This document shows, one piece after another, positions 19,839-30,200 of a stretch of DNA of 64,000 bases; positions within the stretch are counted from its first letter, which is position 1, and every line of letters starts with the position of its first letter. The notes under the pieces were generated by a model. The model had not been told where the DNA came from. It ran no database searches and worked only from the letters and a program-made list of their open reading frames with translations. A program made the translations under genes and the position numbers. This stretch comes from Cyanobacteria bacterium P01_A01_bin.123 (GTDB taxonomy: Bacteria > Cyanobacteriota > Cyanobacteriia > Phormidesmidales > Phormidesmidaceae): assembly GCA_039815185.1 (NCBI GenBank), contig JBCBZT010000015.1, positions 64,001 to 128,000 on the forward strand, read 5' to 3'.

Positions 19839-19868
19839 AAAAAATAAACCCCCAGAGAAATCTGGGGG
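19839..19868 (-). terminator. Intrinsic terminator of the small upstream gene
   Basis: CCCCCAGA-GAAA-TCTGGGGG preceded on + by an A-rich run, which gives a U-tract on the - strand. Confidence 0.75.
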
Positions 19869-19897
19869 CAAAACACCAACCAAGTCTAGTTCAAAAC

Positions 19898-20053
19898 TCA
19901 AATATCATTAGCATTAATCCATTCCGAAAGGGGCTCACCATCAAATGGCTGAACGCCAATATTGGGATATTCATCATCAATTGGGCTAAAAATTCGACCA
20001 AAGCCCTCTGAAAGGTATCGTGCGACGCCATCTAGCATTTCGGCAATTTTCAT
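19898..20053 (-). CDS. atpT: 51-aa microprotein, probable AtpTheta (Norf1) ATP synthase inhibitor
   Basis: MKIAEMLDGVARYLSEGFGRIFSPIDDEYPNIGVQPFDGE; GAGG RBS and its own terminator. The family assignment rests on the recalled RIFxPxDDxYPxxGVQPF motif. Confidence 0.7.
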   Translation of the reverse strand: MKIAEMLDGVARYLSEGFGRIFSPIDDEYPNIGVQPFDGEPLSEWINANDI

Positions 20054-20487
20054 AACAGTTACCTCTTCTAGGTTGATGGAAATCAAGCGCCAAAAGCTGT
20101 CAAAAGCGATGCAAGTTTCAGAATCTTCCACAATTGGAAATCTTACCTTTCGACATCCATTGACTTCACCTAAATCCTAAGGCAATTTATCTTCTATGTT
20201 GGCTATAGCTAATATTCTTCACAGCTTAGGGGTAGCCGCAGCCTTTTTTAATGAAGAAAGATTTATTAGTTTAAATGATTATCACAGCGTAACCACGCCA
20301 TGCTTAACTCACGTTAATTCCAAAGTTATAGACGTAGTTTGAAGAGCCTATACTACAGAATAGATAACCCTACATCAATAAAGTTCCAGAGATTGTCATC
20401 ATGACTGATACAGTCTCTCCATTGGTGGTTTAGTCTGAGCTTGCCAAGCATAACCTTAGCTGTCATAAAAGGCGCTGGAGTTTTTCT

Positions 20488-21021
20488 ATGTTTAAAAAAA
20501 TATTGGTTGCTGTCGATGATTCCGAAATTACCCCCGATTTAGTCAGTCGCGCGATCGCATTAGCCAAAGCGACCCATGCCCATCTCAAATTTTTAACCGT
20601 ACTGTATCCGATCAGTGTCGGCTACCCAAACCCGATTGATCTGACTGTAGACGGTATACCCTCAACGGTCTCTACCGAAGCCTTTCAGCGCTACCTGGAC
20701 ACCTGGAAGCAAGCTCAAGCTGAATCCTTAAATCGGCTAGTCAATTGGGTTAAACAAGCTGAGACCGCCGGGGTTGAAGCCAGTTATGAACAAGAATTGG
20801 GAGAGCCGAGTCGGCTCATCTGTGACATTGCCGCCTATTGGCAAGCTGATGTTATTTTGATCGGGCGACGGGGTCGGGTTGGCATTAGCGAATTGCTGCT
20901 GGGCAGCGTCAGCAACGCCGTCATGCACCATGCCTCCTGCTCTGTGTTGACTATCCAAGGACACACCAGCCGCTCATCTCCCTCGACAGTCACTGCCGAA
21001 CAAACTGCAACTGTTGAGTGA
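20488..21021 (+). CDS. Universal stress protein
   Basis: MFKKILVAVD and GRRGRVGISELLLGSVSNAVMHHASCSVL. Confidence 0.93.
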   Translation: MFKKILVAVDDSEITPDLVSRAIALAKATHAHLKFLTVLYPISVGYPNPIDLTVDGIPSTVSTEAFQRYLDTWKQAQAESLNRLVNWVKQAETAGVEASYEQELGEPSRLICDIAAYWQADVILIGRRGRVGISELLLGSVSNAVMHHASCSVLTIQGHTSRSSPSTVTAEQTATVE

Positions 21022-21097
21022 GTCATTGGGTAGGTTAGGCTGGTCGGGGTATGGTTAATCTTTCTGATTCTTTTATTTACTGGAAAGTGCGGGTTTC

Positions 21098-22411
21098 ATG
21101 CGGCTACTTTGCATCAGTCATGGTTATGCAGAAGACAGGGCTGCACTGAAAGTTTTGGAAGCGCTGCGCCATCTGCCCCAAGCCCCTGAGCTTTTTGCCC
21201 TGCCTCTGGTTGGCTCGGGACAGGGCTACCTCAATGCAGGCATACCCGTAATTGGCCCAGCCCAGGATCTAGAGCCGGCTCGCCGAACCTATGCGAAAGG
21301 GGATGACCGTGGGCAAGCTCTGGGCCAGGGCTTCAGGAGTTTGCCAGGGCTTCTGGCTCAGTTTCAGGCCGTGAGGCAATGGGCTAAGACGGGACAAGGG
21401 ATTTTAGCGGTTGGCGGTTGGTTCCCATTAATGTTGGCTTGGGCCAGTGGTTTGCCCTACAGCGTTGTAGATACCACCAAATCAGACTATTGTTTTCGAG
21501 ATGAAGCCGGTAACTTATCTAAACGTCCTGGGGGCGCTAGGCTAGCGACCTGGGCCAAATCTGTTTACTTACCTTGGGAACGCTGGCTGCTGAGTCGGCC
21601 CCGTTGTCGGGGAGTTTTTGTCCGAGACGCGTTGACCGAAGCGGGGTTGAAGCGTTGGCCCATACCCGTGATGCATTTGGGGAACCCGGTCATGGATGGG
21701 TTGCAGCCCACCAGTAAAGGTTCGCTGGTGCCCATGGCCGCCTTGCCAGAAGAAAAGCAACTTTTGACCGGAGTCCTATTACCGGGGGAGCGATCGCCGG
21801 AGGTACAGCAAAACTGGAACCGCATTTTAGACGCCATTCAAGGGTTAATGCGGGGGAAAACCGAGCGGGTGCGACTGCTGGCGGCGATCGCCTCTGACCT
21901 CAATTTAACCCCGTTTCGAGAAGCTTTATTGAAGCGGGGGTGGCACCTGCACCCTTCCAATCTGCCCATTCCTGACAGCACGGGCATGGTGATGGCAACG
22001 GTACACCAAGTTGCCACCTACCCGACCTATACCTATGGCAAAGCTACCCTGGCGCTAGTGCAGAATGCTTTTCCAGACTGTTTGCACCAGGCCGACTTTG
22101 CGATTTCCATGGCTAGCACTGCCACCGAGCAATTCGTGGGTTTAGGTAAACCTGCCATTACCCTAGTGGGAGATGGCCCCCTTTTTACCTTGCCCTTTGC
22201 CCAGGCCCAGGCGCGGTTATTGGGCCCCTCAGTCATTTTGGTGAAGCAACCTGAGGAAGTCGGGCCTGCCATGCGATCGCTGCTGCAAGACCCCGATCAT
22301 CTACAAATGATTAGCGACAACGGTAAGCGGCGGTTGGGGCCCCCCGGTGCCACCTACCGCATTGCCCAGGCCTTGATGGAAAAAATGGGCTGGGCTGAGG
22401 CGTTAACTTAA
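21098..22411 (+). CDS. Lipid-A-disaccharide synthase-related protein (GT-B fold)
   Basis: MRLLCISHGYAED, LPLVGSG, GNPVMDGL and TATEQFVGLGKPAIT. Confidence 0.8.
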   Translation: MRLLCISHGYAEDRAALKVLEALRHLPQAPELFALPLVGSGQGYLNAGIPVIGPAQDLEPARRTYAKGDDRGQALGQGFRSLPGLLAQFQAVRQWAKTGQGILAVGGWFPLMLAWASGLPYSVVDTTKSDYCFRDEAGNLSKRPGGARLATWAKSVYLPWERWLLSRPRCRGVFVRDALTEAGLKRWPIPVMHLGNPVMDGLQPTSKGSLVPMAALPEEKQLLTGVLLPGERSPEVQQNWNRILDAIQGLMRGKTERVRLLAAIASDLNLTPFREALLKRGWHLHPSNLPIPDSTGMVMATVHQVATYPTYTYGKATLALVQNAFPDCLHQADFAISMASTATEQFVGLGKPAITLVGDGPLFTLPFAQAQARLLGPSVILVKQPEEVGPAMRSLLQDPDHLQMISDNGKRRLGPPGATYRIAQALMEKMGWAEALT

Positions 22412-22824
22412 AATCTTCTGCCAAAGCCAAAGGACGGATCGCCCATGGTGTCGTAGAAAGTCAAGCCCAAGGGTAAATTAACATCGCCGTTGTCGTCCAC
22501 CAAATTATCAATCAACGCGTCTAACTCTGGAGACCCCAAGGCATCCAGAATGTCAGGCTCCGTATCTGCTTCCCCTCGGATTGAACGGTTAATCTGACTC
22601 GCAACTGTAGTGGTCAAAGTGGCATCGGTTTCAATTTCCATTTCCCGCATTTCTAGGGGATACAGCACTGCTGCTGAGTTGGATTGTGGCTGCGTCGAAG
22701 TTTGGGGTGTATCGGCCCAAGCCGGAACCGCTATCCCCACGACTATACCCATCGCTAGGGTAGAACAGGTTGCAGCTACAGACGCCGTGATTGGAAATGC
22801 CGTCGAGGGGAATGCAAAGTTCAT
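22408..22824 (-). CDS. Hypothetical secreted protein
   Basis: Signal-peptide-like segment ending PAWA, an acidic body and a C-terminal Phe. Confidence 0.55.
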   Translation of the reverse strand: MNFAFPSTAFPITASVAATCSTLAMGIVVGIAVPAWADTPQTSTQPQSNSAAVLYPLEMREMEIETDATLTTTVASQINRSIRGEADTEPDILDALGSPELDALIDNLVDDNGDVNLPLGLTFYDTMGDPSFGFGRRF

Positions 22825-23294
22825 TAGGGTACTCCCTTACAGAATTGGCGTTAACACATGGATCTTTGATCGCGCGGGTAGTGCTGCCCGTTCACTCCTG
22901 TTTGGAAATCGAGTCAATGGATAATGAGACTCAATGGGTAAATGACTGTCTTATCTATTCGTACCCAGCTTCACCTAACACTCAACATTTCCTAGGCAAG
23001 TTGGCAAGAATCTTAATTGGCCTGGCAACATCCCAACATTCGCGTGGTCAGGCTTAAAACTTTATGTAAAACTTCAGGGCCTTATATCTCTGATGGCAAA
23101 ATTCAAGACTGAAAGCGGCATTTTATGCCCTTAGCTTAAGAAACATGGGGCTTAGCGAATATGCGATCGCTGCAAACGCATCAACTTGATTGTCCCTTGA
23201 CTAAACGCTGACTTTCATCCCCCATAGGTATGCATTCCTGTCTAGGGGGCTTCAATATATATTGAGAAACCTCAACCCTGTGTCACGGTGGTTT

Positions 23295-23309
23295 ATAACT
23301 TTTAGTTAT
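23295..23309 (+). promoter_or_regulatory. Candidate LysR-type (RbcR/CbbR) binding site upstream of rbcL
   Basis: Palindrome ATAAC-N5-GTTAT containing the T-N11-A LysR core, about 270 bp before rbcL. Confidence 0.5.
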
Positions 23310-23574
23310 GAATATATACAGATCTTCCAAAACCAGACTTATTAGTTAGCTGATAGTATTCTTAGTGCAGAAGGTACTGCATAGAGCTGAAGTTTAAGTG
23401 GGGCGGCTATTATAGGTTTTGCCCTGTTTTAAGTTGCCTATTTAAGGCCTGTTTGTTTCGAACACCTACCCAGCGCTTACCTCAGGTTTCCAGCCACATT
23501 TGGCCTGTTGAATTCCTTGGGTTGAGGTGTGGAGGGTTCGTGCGTGGTTTTGTTGGATTCACAGGAAGGGAGAT

Positions 23575-25005
23575 ATGTCTTACTCGCAGACATCGACTCA
23601 GTCAAAGGCTGGATATAATGCCGGGGTTCAGGATTACAAACTGACCTACTACACTCCGGATTACACACCTAAAGATACGGATATTTTGGCCGCATTCCGG
23701 ATGACCCCACAGCCAGGGGTACCGCCAGAAGAGTGTGCAGCAGCAGTTGCAGCAGAATCCTCCACAGGTACTTGGACCACCGTATGGACTGACCTTTTAA
23801 CCGATATGGATCGGTATAAGGGGCGTTGCTATGACATCGAGCCAGTGCCTGGCGAAGATAATCAATACATTTGCTACGTTGCCTATCCGTTGGATTTGTT
23901 TGAAGAAGGTTCAGTTACTAACTTATTAACCTCCTTAGTCGGCAACGTGTTTGGGTTTAAGGCCCTGCGCGCCCTGCGTCTAGAAGATTTGCGGATTCCG
24001 GTTGCTTACCTCAAGACGTTCCAGGGACCGCCCCACGGGATTCAAGTTGAGCGCGACAAGATCAACAAGTATGGCCGTCCCCTCCTGGGCTGCACCATTA
24101 AGCCCAAGTTGGGTCTGTCTGCTAAGAACTATGGCCGCGCGGTTTATGAGTGTCTGCGGGGCGGGTTGGACTTCACTAAGGATGACGAGAACATCAACTC
24201 CCAGCCTTTCCAGCGCTGGCGCGATCGCTTCTTGTTCGTTGCTGATGCCATCCATAAGTCTCAGGCAGAGACCGGCGAAATCAAAGGTCACTACTTAAAC
24301 GTGACTGCTGCCACCTGCGACGAAATGATGAAGCGGGCCGAGTTTGCCAAGGAACTCGAAATGCCCATTGTCATGCATGACTTCTTGACTGCGGGTTTCA
24401 CAGCGAACACCACCCTGTCTCACTGGTGCCGTGACAATGGTTTGCTGCTGCATATTCACCGTGCCATGCACGCAGTCATTGACCGTCAGAAGAACCACGG
24501 TATTCACTTCCGCGTTTTGGCTAAGTGCTTGCGCATGTCTGGGGGTGACCACATTCACACCGGTACTGTGGTGGGTAAGCTTGAAGGTGACCGGGCTGGC
24601 ACCTTAGGTTTTGTTGACCTCCTTCGCGAAAACTACATTGAGCAAGACAAGTCTCGTGGGGTTTACTTCACCCAAGACTGGGCTTCGATGGGCGGCGTCA
24701 TGGCTGTCGCTTCCGGTGGTATCCACGTCTGGCACATGCCTGCGTTGGTTGAAATCTTCGGCGATGACTCTGTTCTCCAATTTGGCGGTGGTACACTGGG
24801 TCACCCTTGGGGGAATGCACCGGGTGCAACCGCTAACCGCGTAGCTTTGGAAGCCTGTGTTCAGGCCCGTAACGAAGGTCGCAACCTGGCCCGTGAAGGT
24901 GGCGATATTATTCGTGAAGCCTGCAAGTGGTCTCCTGAGTTGGCGGCAGCTTGCGAACTTTGGAAAGAAATCAAGTTCGAATTCGAGACTGTGGACACGA
25001 TCTAA
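23575..25005 (+). CDS. rbcL: RuBisCO large subunit, form IB
   Basis: [11 protein letters not shown] active-site motif; AAGGGAG before the ATG at 23575. Confidence 0.99.
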   Translation: MSYSQTSTQSKAGYNAGVQDYKLTYYTPDYTPKDTDILAAFRMTPQPGVPPEECAAAVAAESSTGTWTTVWTDLLTDMDRYKGRCYDIEPVPGEDNQYICYVAYPLDLFEEGSVTNLLTSLVGNVFGFKALRALRLEDLRIPVAYLKTFQGPPHGIQVERDKINKYGRPLLGCTIKPKLGLSAKNYGRAVYECLRGGLDFTKDDENINSQPFQRWRDRFLFVADAIHKSQAETGEIKGHYLNVTAATCDEMMKRAEFAKELEMPIVMHDFLTAGFTANTTLSHWCRDNGLLLHIHRAMHAVIDRQKNHGIHFRVLAKCLRMSGGDHIHTGTVVGKLEGDRAGTLGFVDLLRENYIEQDKSRGVYFTQDWASMGGVMAVASGGIHVWHMPALVEIFGDDSVLQFGGGTLGHPWGNAPGATANRVALEACVQARNEGRNLAREGGDIIREACKWSPELAAACELWKEIKFEFETVDTI

Positions 25006-25011
25006 TGCCCC

Positions 25012-25049
25012 TATTTGGGATGGCAGTCTTCAAATTGCCATCCCAAATA
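25012..25049 (+). other. Long stem-loop after rbcL (mRNA stabiliser/processing site)
   Basis: TATTTGGGATGGCA...TGCCATCCCAAATA forms a 14-bp perfect stem with no U-tract. Confidence 0.65.
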
Positions 25050-25180
25050 CTGGAGCTCACATTGCTTTTGTGCTGAGGTAATCTCCATTTACCGAATGTT
25101 ATCGGCAGTGTGCCTACAGCTACAAATAAGCGGTTGATATTCGCTTTAATGTCGGTTAATCCCTCATTGGAGAGTAACCT

Positions 25181-25594
25181 ATGGATCTCAAGCGAATTGC
25201 TAAAGATACGGCAAAGGTGCTAACGAGCTACTTAACCTATCAAGCGGTTCGCACGGTCATGATGCAGCTCCGGGAAACCAATGTTCCATTATCCTATCGG
25301 CTCAACGAGTTTGCGACTCGCGATAAGTTACAGGATGGTGAAGTTTTCCTCGAAGACTTGTTTCAAGAGCAGCCGGAATTGGCATTACGGGTCATGACGG
25401 TACGCCTTCATCTTGCGGAAGAAGTTGCAGAATTTCTCCCAGAGATGGTGACGACAGGGATTCAACAAGCCAATATGGAACACCAGAAAAAGCATTTAGA
25501 GCGAATTACCGGCATGTCTGTTCGGTCAACTGCAACGGAACCGTCGTCGGAACCCGATATCTCTAATCGAGAAGCGGACGATCCGTCGGATTGA
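25181..25594 (+). CDS. rbcX: RuBisCO assembly chaperone RbcX
   Basis: MDLKRIAKDTAKVLTSYLTYQAVR; located between rbcL and rbcS. Confidence 0.97.
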   Translation: MDLKRIAKDTAKVLTSYLTYQAVRTVMMQLRETNVPLSYRLNEFATRDKLQDGEVFLEDLFQEQPELALRVMTVRLHLAEEVAEFLPEMVTTGIQQANMEHQKKHLERITGMSVRSTATEPSSEPDISNREADDPSD

Positions 25595-25649
25595 CTCAAC
25601 TTTCTCTAGAAAGTTTCTCACTGTAAACTGACATCTTGCGAACGAAATT

Positions 25650-25997
25650 ATGAAAACTCTGCCAAAAGAGCGTCGTTACGAAACGCTGTCCTATTTGCCC
25701 CCGTTAACTGACGCCCAAATCGAAAGACAAATTCAGTACATTCTTGCCCAGGGTTATTTCCCAGCAATTGAGTTCAACGAAACATCTGATCCTGAAGTTT
25801 ATTATTGGACGATGTGGAAATTGCCGTTGTTCAACGTTAAAAGCACTCGCGAAGTTTTGGACGAAGTTCAAGCTTGCCGCTCTGAGTATCCCAATTGTTT
25901 TATTCGCGTTGTTGGGTTTGATAATGTTAAGCAGTGCCAAATCCTCAGTTTCATCGTGCACAAGCCTGGGTCTAGTAGCAGCGGTTATCGCTATTAA
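25650..25997 (+). CDS. rbcS: RuBisCO small subunit
   Basis: [19 protein letters not shown] and [10 protein letters not shown]. Confidence 0.98.
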   Translation: MKTLPKERRYETLSYLPPLTDAQIERQIQYILAQGYFPAIEFNETSDPEVYYWTMWKLPLFNVKSTREVLDEVQACRSEYPNCFIRVVGFDNVKQCQILSFIVHKPGSSSSGYRY

Positions 25998-26071
25998 ATC
26001 TTGTCAAAGTCAATGTGTGAGCAACTCACGCGAACGCTTTTGTTGAGCGGTTAGTACGAATGACTAGTGCT

Positions 26072-26100
26072 AAAGGGTGAACTTTGGTTCACCCTTTTTT
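26072..26100 (+). terminator. rbcLXS terminator
   Basis: AAAGGGTGAAC-TTTG-GTTCACCCTTTTTT. Confidence 0.85.
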
Positions 26101-26339
26101 ATGCGAGAGTTTCCTCTTGTAGTGTATTAATATATCTACCTGCTTTTTTAGAACCGTCATGACCTATAGTCGATAATCGCGACAGAGAACATCTCGGACG
26201 GGATATCGCGCGGAGCAAACGAATATTAAGCAACAGGCCCATTGATCATGGTAACTACTTTGATATAAAAGGTATTGCTAAGAAAATAGCTTGTGAAATC
26301 ATTCAATATTAACCCGTTGCTACAAATGGATTGGTGGCT

Positions 26340-27116
26340 ATGGCGCGATCGCATGTTTTATTTTCTCTGCTGTTGTCGCCCTCATTTATGTTGATTGGGT
26401 GTCAACCCCCCGCGCTCGTCGCCATCACATCACGACCCTTAGGCATCTCCTTTGAGGCAGCATTGCTCAAGGTGCCTGACACCTTTTACCCCACCCCTTC
26501 TGCCGAAGACAAAGCTAGAGCAGCCGCTTTGCGTGCTGAGGGTATTGCGCTGCGTAATCAGGGCCAGCGTGAGGCGGCGATCGCCACCCTACAAGAATCG
26601 GTAACGCTTGACTCTGAAGCCCTGGATGGATACGTCATTTTAGGTTGGACTCAACATTTAGCCGCTCAGCGCGAGGCTGCCGCTGCTACCCTACTTAAAG
26701 CCCTGAATCGAGATGCCAATCACGTCCCGGCCTTGAATGCCCTAGGCATTGTTTACTTAGTCGATGGTCAGCTTGAGGCTGCGGTCGAAACCCACCAACA
26801 AGCCCAAACGCTCACCCCAGACAACGAAATCGCAGCCTACAATCTCAGCCTGGCCTACCAGCGCTTACAAACCCTCGACCAAGCCATTGAACAGGCCAAT
26901 CGAGCTACCCAGCTGGAACCCAATAACCCTCATCCCTGGGTGGCTTTAGCGATCGCGTATTACAGCAACAACAACATCGACCAAGCCCGGCAAGCCTATG
27001 GTCAAGCCCTACGGTTAGATGGTCGCTATGGCGATCGCAGCTTTTTAAGCCATCTTGAACAAGCTGGATTTAGTCCAGAACAAATTGAACTGACTTATGA
27101 AGTTGCTGGACTGTAA
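26340..27116 (+). CDS. TPR-repeat protein (possible lipoprotein)
   Basis: Repeated TPR helices (ALNALGIVY, AYNLSLAY, PWVALAIAY) and a lipobox-like LIGC. Confidence 0.85.
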   Translation: MARSHVLFSLLLSPSFMLIGCQPPALVAITSRPLGISFEAALLKVPDTFYPTPSAEDKARAAALRAEGIALRNQGQREAAIATLQESVTLDSEALDGYVILGWTQHLAAQREAAAATLLKALNRDANHVPALNALGIVYLVDGQLEAAVETHQQAQTLTPDNEIAAYNLSLAYQRLQTLDQAIEQANRATQLEPNNPHPWVALAIAYYSNNNIDQARQAYGQALRLDGRYGDRSFLSHLEQAGFSPEQIELTYEVAGL

Positions 27117-27244
27117 CCCTACTCCTCCTGATTCGACCTTTATTCCTTTATTTCCAAAAACTTTATCCTCTGACGCTCTCCCGAACTTAAGTTTTTTATC
27201 CTAGGAGGTAATAATTAAGTGGAAAGTGAAGTCTTCATATCTAT

Positions 27245-30200
27245 ATGCACCTTCGTTCTACGGCGCTCACTCCAGTCGAACTCAAGTTTTCAATTGTTCA
27301 GGATCTCTTTGTAGTTTCGCCTGATACGTCGGTGATGACGGCGATCGCTGAAATGAGTCGCGTTCACCCAGGAGCATCAGACTGCCCCCCCGCTGAAACA
27401 GCAGATGGGCAACGGGAAGGCCTTCATCGAGAAACGCAGGCAAGCTGTGTAGTAGTAGCGACCAACGAGCAGTTCATGGGGCTGCTAACGGAGCGAGAGT
27501 TACTCTGCTTAAGTGTCCAGCATTCGACTCTTGAGCACTTGTTACTCAGAGAGGTCGTTGTACCGCCAGCCGTCATTTTGCGTGAGTCTGACTTTACGAC
27601 TGTCTCATCTGCCCTTGACTTGCTTGAGCAATATCCGATTCATCATTTACCCATTGTCAACGACCAGGGGCAGTTGGTGGGCGTGGTGACCTGTGCAAGC
27701 TTACGCCAAACGGTACTGACTCACCAATTAAATCGATCGCAACATCACGAAGCTGTGATCGCCGAAGTGGCCCTGCGAATTCGGCAGCACGTTGGGTTAG
27801 ATACCATTTCAACCGCCATCGTGCAGGAGGTGCAAAAGGTTCTAGGCGCAGATCGAGTCATTGTCTATCGATTCAACCCTGATATGAGCGGCACGATTGT
27901 TGCTGAAGCTATCGTGCCCCCATGGACACCTTGCCTAGATGTTCAGATCATTGACACCTGTTTTCAAGACAATCTGGGTGGGGCCTACCAACAGGGCCGA
28001 GTCTCGACCATCTCAGATATCTATGCTGCCAACCTGACAGACTGCCATTTGCAAATGCTGGCCCAGTTTCAGGTACGGGCCAACCTCGTGGTGCCGATTT
28101 TGTTGCCGGAGGCTGAGACCCAACCGCTTTGGGGCCTGTTGATTGTACATCAGTGCATTGGCCCCCGACAGTGGGCGGTGAGAGAGATTCGCCTGCTTCA
28201 ACAGCTATCGGTACAGTTGGCCATTGCCCTACAGCAGGCTGAACTCTATCAATCGCTGCAAACGCTCAATGCCTCCCTAGAGGAGAAAGTTGAGGCTCGC
28301 ACCCAAGCCCTGCATGCCCTAGCTAAACGGGAGCGAATACTGGCTGACACGGCAACCCGTATTCGCTCCTCACTCGAACTTCAGGTGATTATGGAGACGA
28401 CGGTGCAGGAAATTCACTCCCTTCTCAAGTGCGATCGCGTCAACATTTGGCAATTTGAAGCTGACTGGCAGCTACGGGTGGTGGCTGAGTCCACCGACTC
28501 CATAATGTCTCTGTTGGGTGAAAGGGTTCAAGATACCTGCCTGCAAGACTACAACGAAGTTTACCGTCAGGGGCGGGTCCGCGTTGTGCCAGATATCTAC
28601 GCCACAGAAATGTCGGACTGTCACCGGGAGCTGCTAATCCGTCTCCAAACCCGGGCCAAAATTTTGGTGCCGCTTCTATGTGGGGATCAGCTGTGGGGGG
28701 TGCTGAATGTGAGTGAAAGTCAATCTGCCCGTGATTGGCAACCAGAAGAAATAGATCTACTAAAAGCGTTATCGGTGCAGCTCGCGATCGCGCTGCAACA
28801 AGCCACGATCCACCAGCAGTTACAGGAAGAACTGGAGATTCGACGGCAGACCGAAGCGCGTTTGCTAAAGAGCGAAGCCCACCATCGAGCTTTAGTCAGT
28901 GCGTTGCCTGACTTAATTATGCGTATGAACCGCGAAGGCATCTATCTGGAGTGCAGAGCCAATCCTAACTTTCAGGTCGTGGGCGATCGAGTGGAAATGA
29001 TCGGAGCTCATGTATCAAACATTCTGCCGCCTGAAGCTGCGCAAAAACGCTTAGCGTCTATCCAGCTAGCGCTGCAAACTAATGCTGTCCAGATTTACGA
29101 ACACGGCCTTTTAATTGATGGCAGAACCCAAACCGAAGAGATTCGGGTCATCCCCTACGACAAGGACGAAGTATTGCTGCTAGTGCGCGACATTAGCGAT
29201 CGCAAGCGGGCTGAGCGCCAATTGCAAGATCTGATTGCGGGGACAGCCGCTACTACAGGCCAAAACTTCTTTCCGGCGTTAGTGAGTCACCTCGCAACAG
29301 CCCTAGAGGTTACCTATGTCTCAGTCACTCAACAGGTTGAGGGGCAACTCCAAACCTTAGCCGTTTGGGTCAACGGTGGCTTGCAGCCTGATTTTTCATA
29401 CCAACTCGCAAAAACGCCCTGCGAACAGACCCTGCGAAACGGCAAGTTTTATTGCGAATCCTCGCTCCAGCAGCGCTTCCCTGAAAATACAGATTTGGTT
29501 GCGTTGGGGGCCGAGAGCTATTTGGGCATTGCCTTGTGCAATAACCAAGGCCAAGCTATTGGTAGCCTATGCATTCTTGATCAAAAACCGATTCAAGATC
29601 CAACATGGGCAGAAGAAATTCTACGCGTATTTGCAGCCCGCGCTGCCGCTGAACTAGAACGCCAACGGGCCAGTATCCTACTAGAGCAGCTCAATCAAGA
29701 TCTCGAAGCCAAAGTTGAAGCCCGCACGGTTGCCTTGCAGATTAGCGGAGCTCAGATGCGCGCCATGATCTCAGCCGTCCCCGACTTACTTTTGCGAGTC
29801 AGACCCGATGGCACCTGTTTGGAATACCGTGCTTCCCATAGTCGGTTCGGTGACTTTCTGCCCATTGAGCGGTATATCTCAGAGGTTTTACCCCCCGCAT
29901 TATTGCAGCAGCAACTGGACAGGGTTAAGCAAGCGATCGCGACCGATACGCTGCAAGTCTATGAACATCAAGTTGAGATAGGGGGTTGCCTAGTTTACGA
30001 AGAGATTCGGATTAGCAAAATCAGCCCAGACGAAGCCTTGGTCATTGTGCGAGATATTACCGATCGCAAACAGGCTGAGACTGCCCTATCTGAATCTGAA
30101 CAGTTCATTCAAACAGTGCTTAATACTATCCCCATCCCTGTATTTTGGAAAAACCGAAACTCCGTCTTTTTGGGCTGTAATCAGCAATTTGTCAGTGCTA

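Noticed and set aside
23527..23574. N-terminal extension of RbcL from the ORF track
   Set aside because: The ATG at 23575 has a good RBS and gives the normal ~476-aa protein.
23575..25997. rbcLXS without adjacent ccm genes
   Set aside because: Separation of rbc and ccm loci is common in beta-cyanobacteria.
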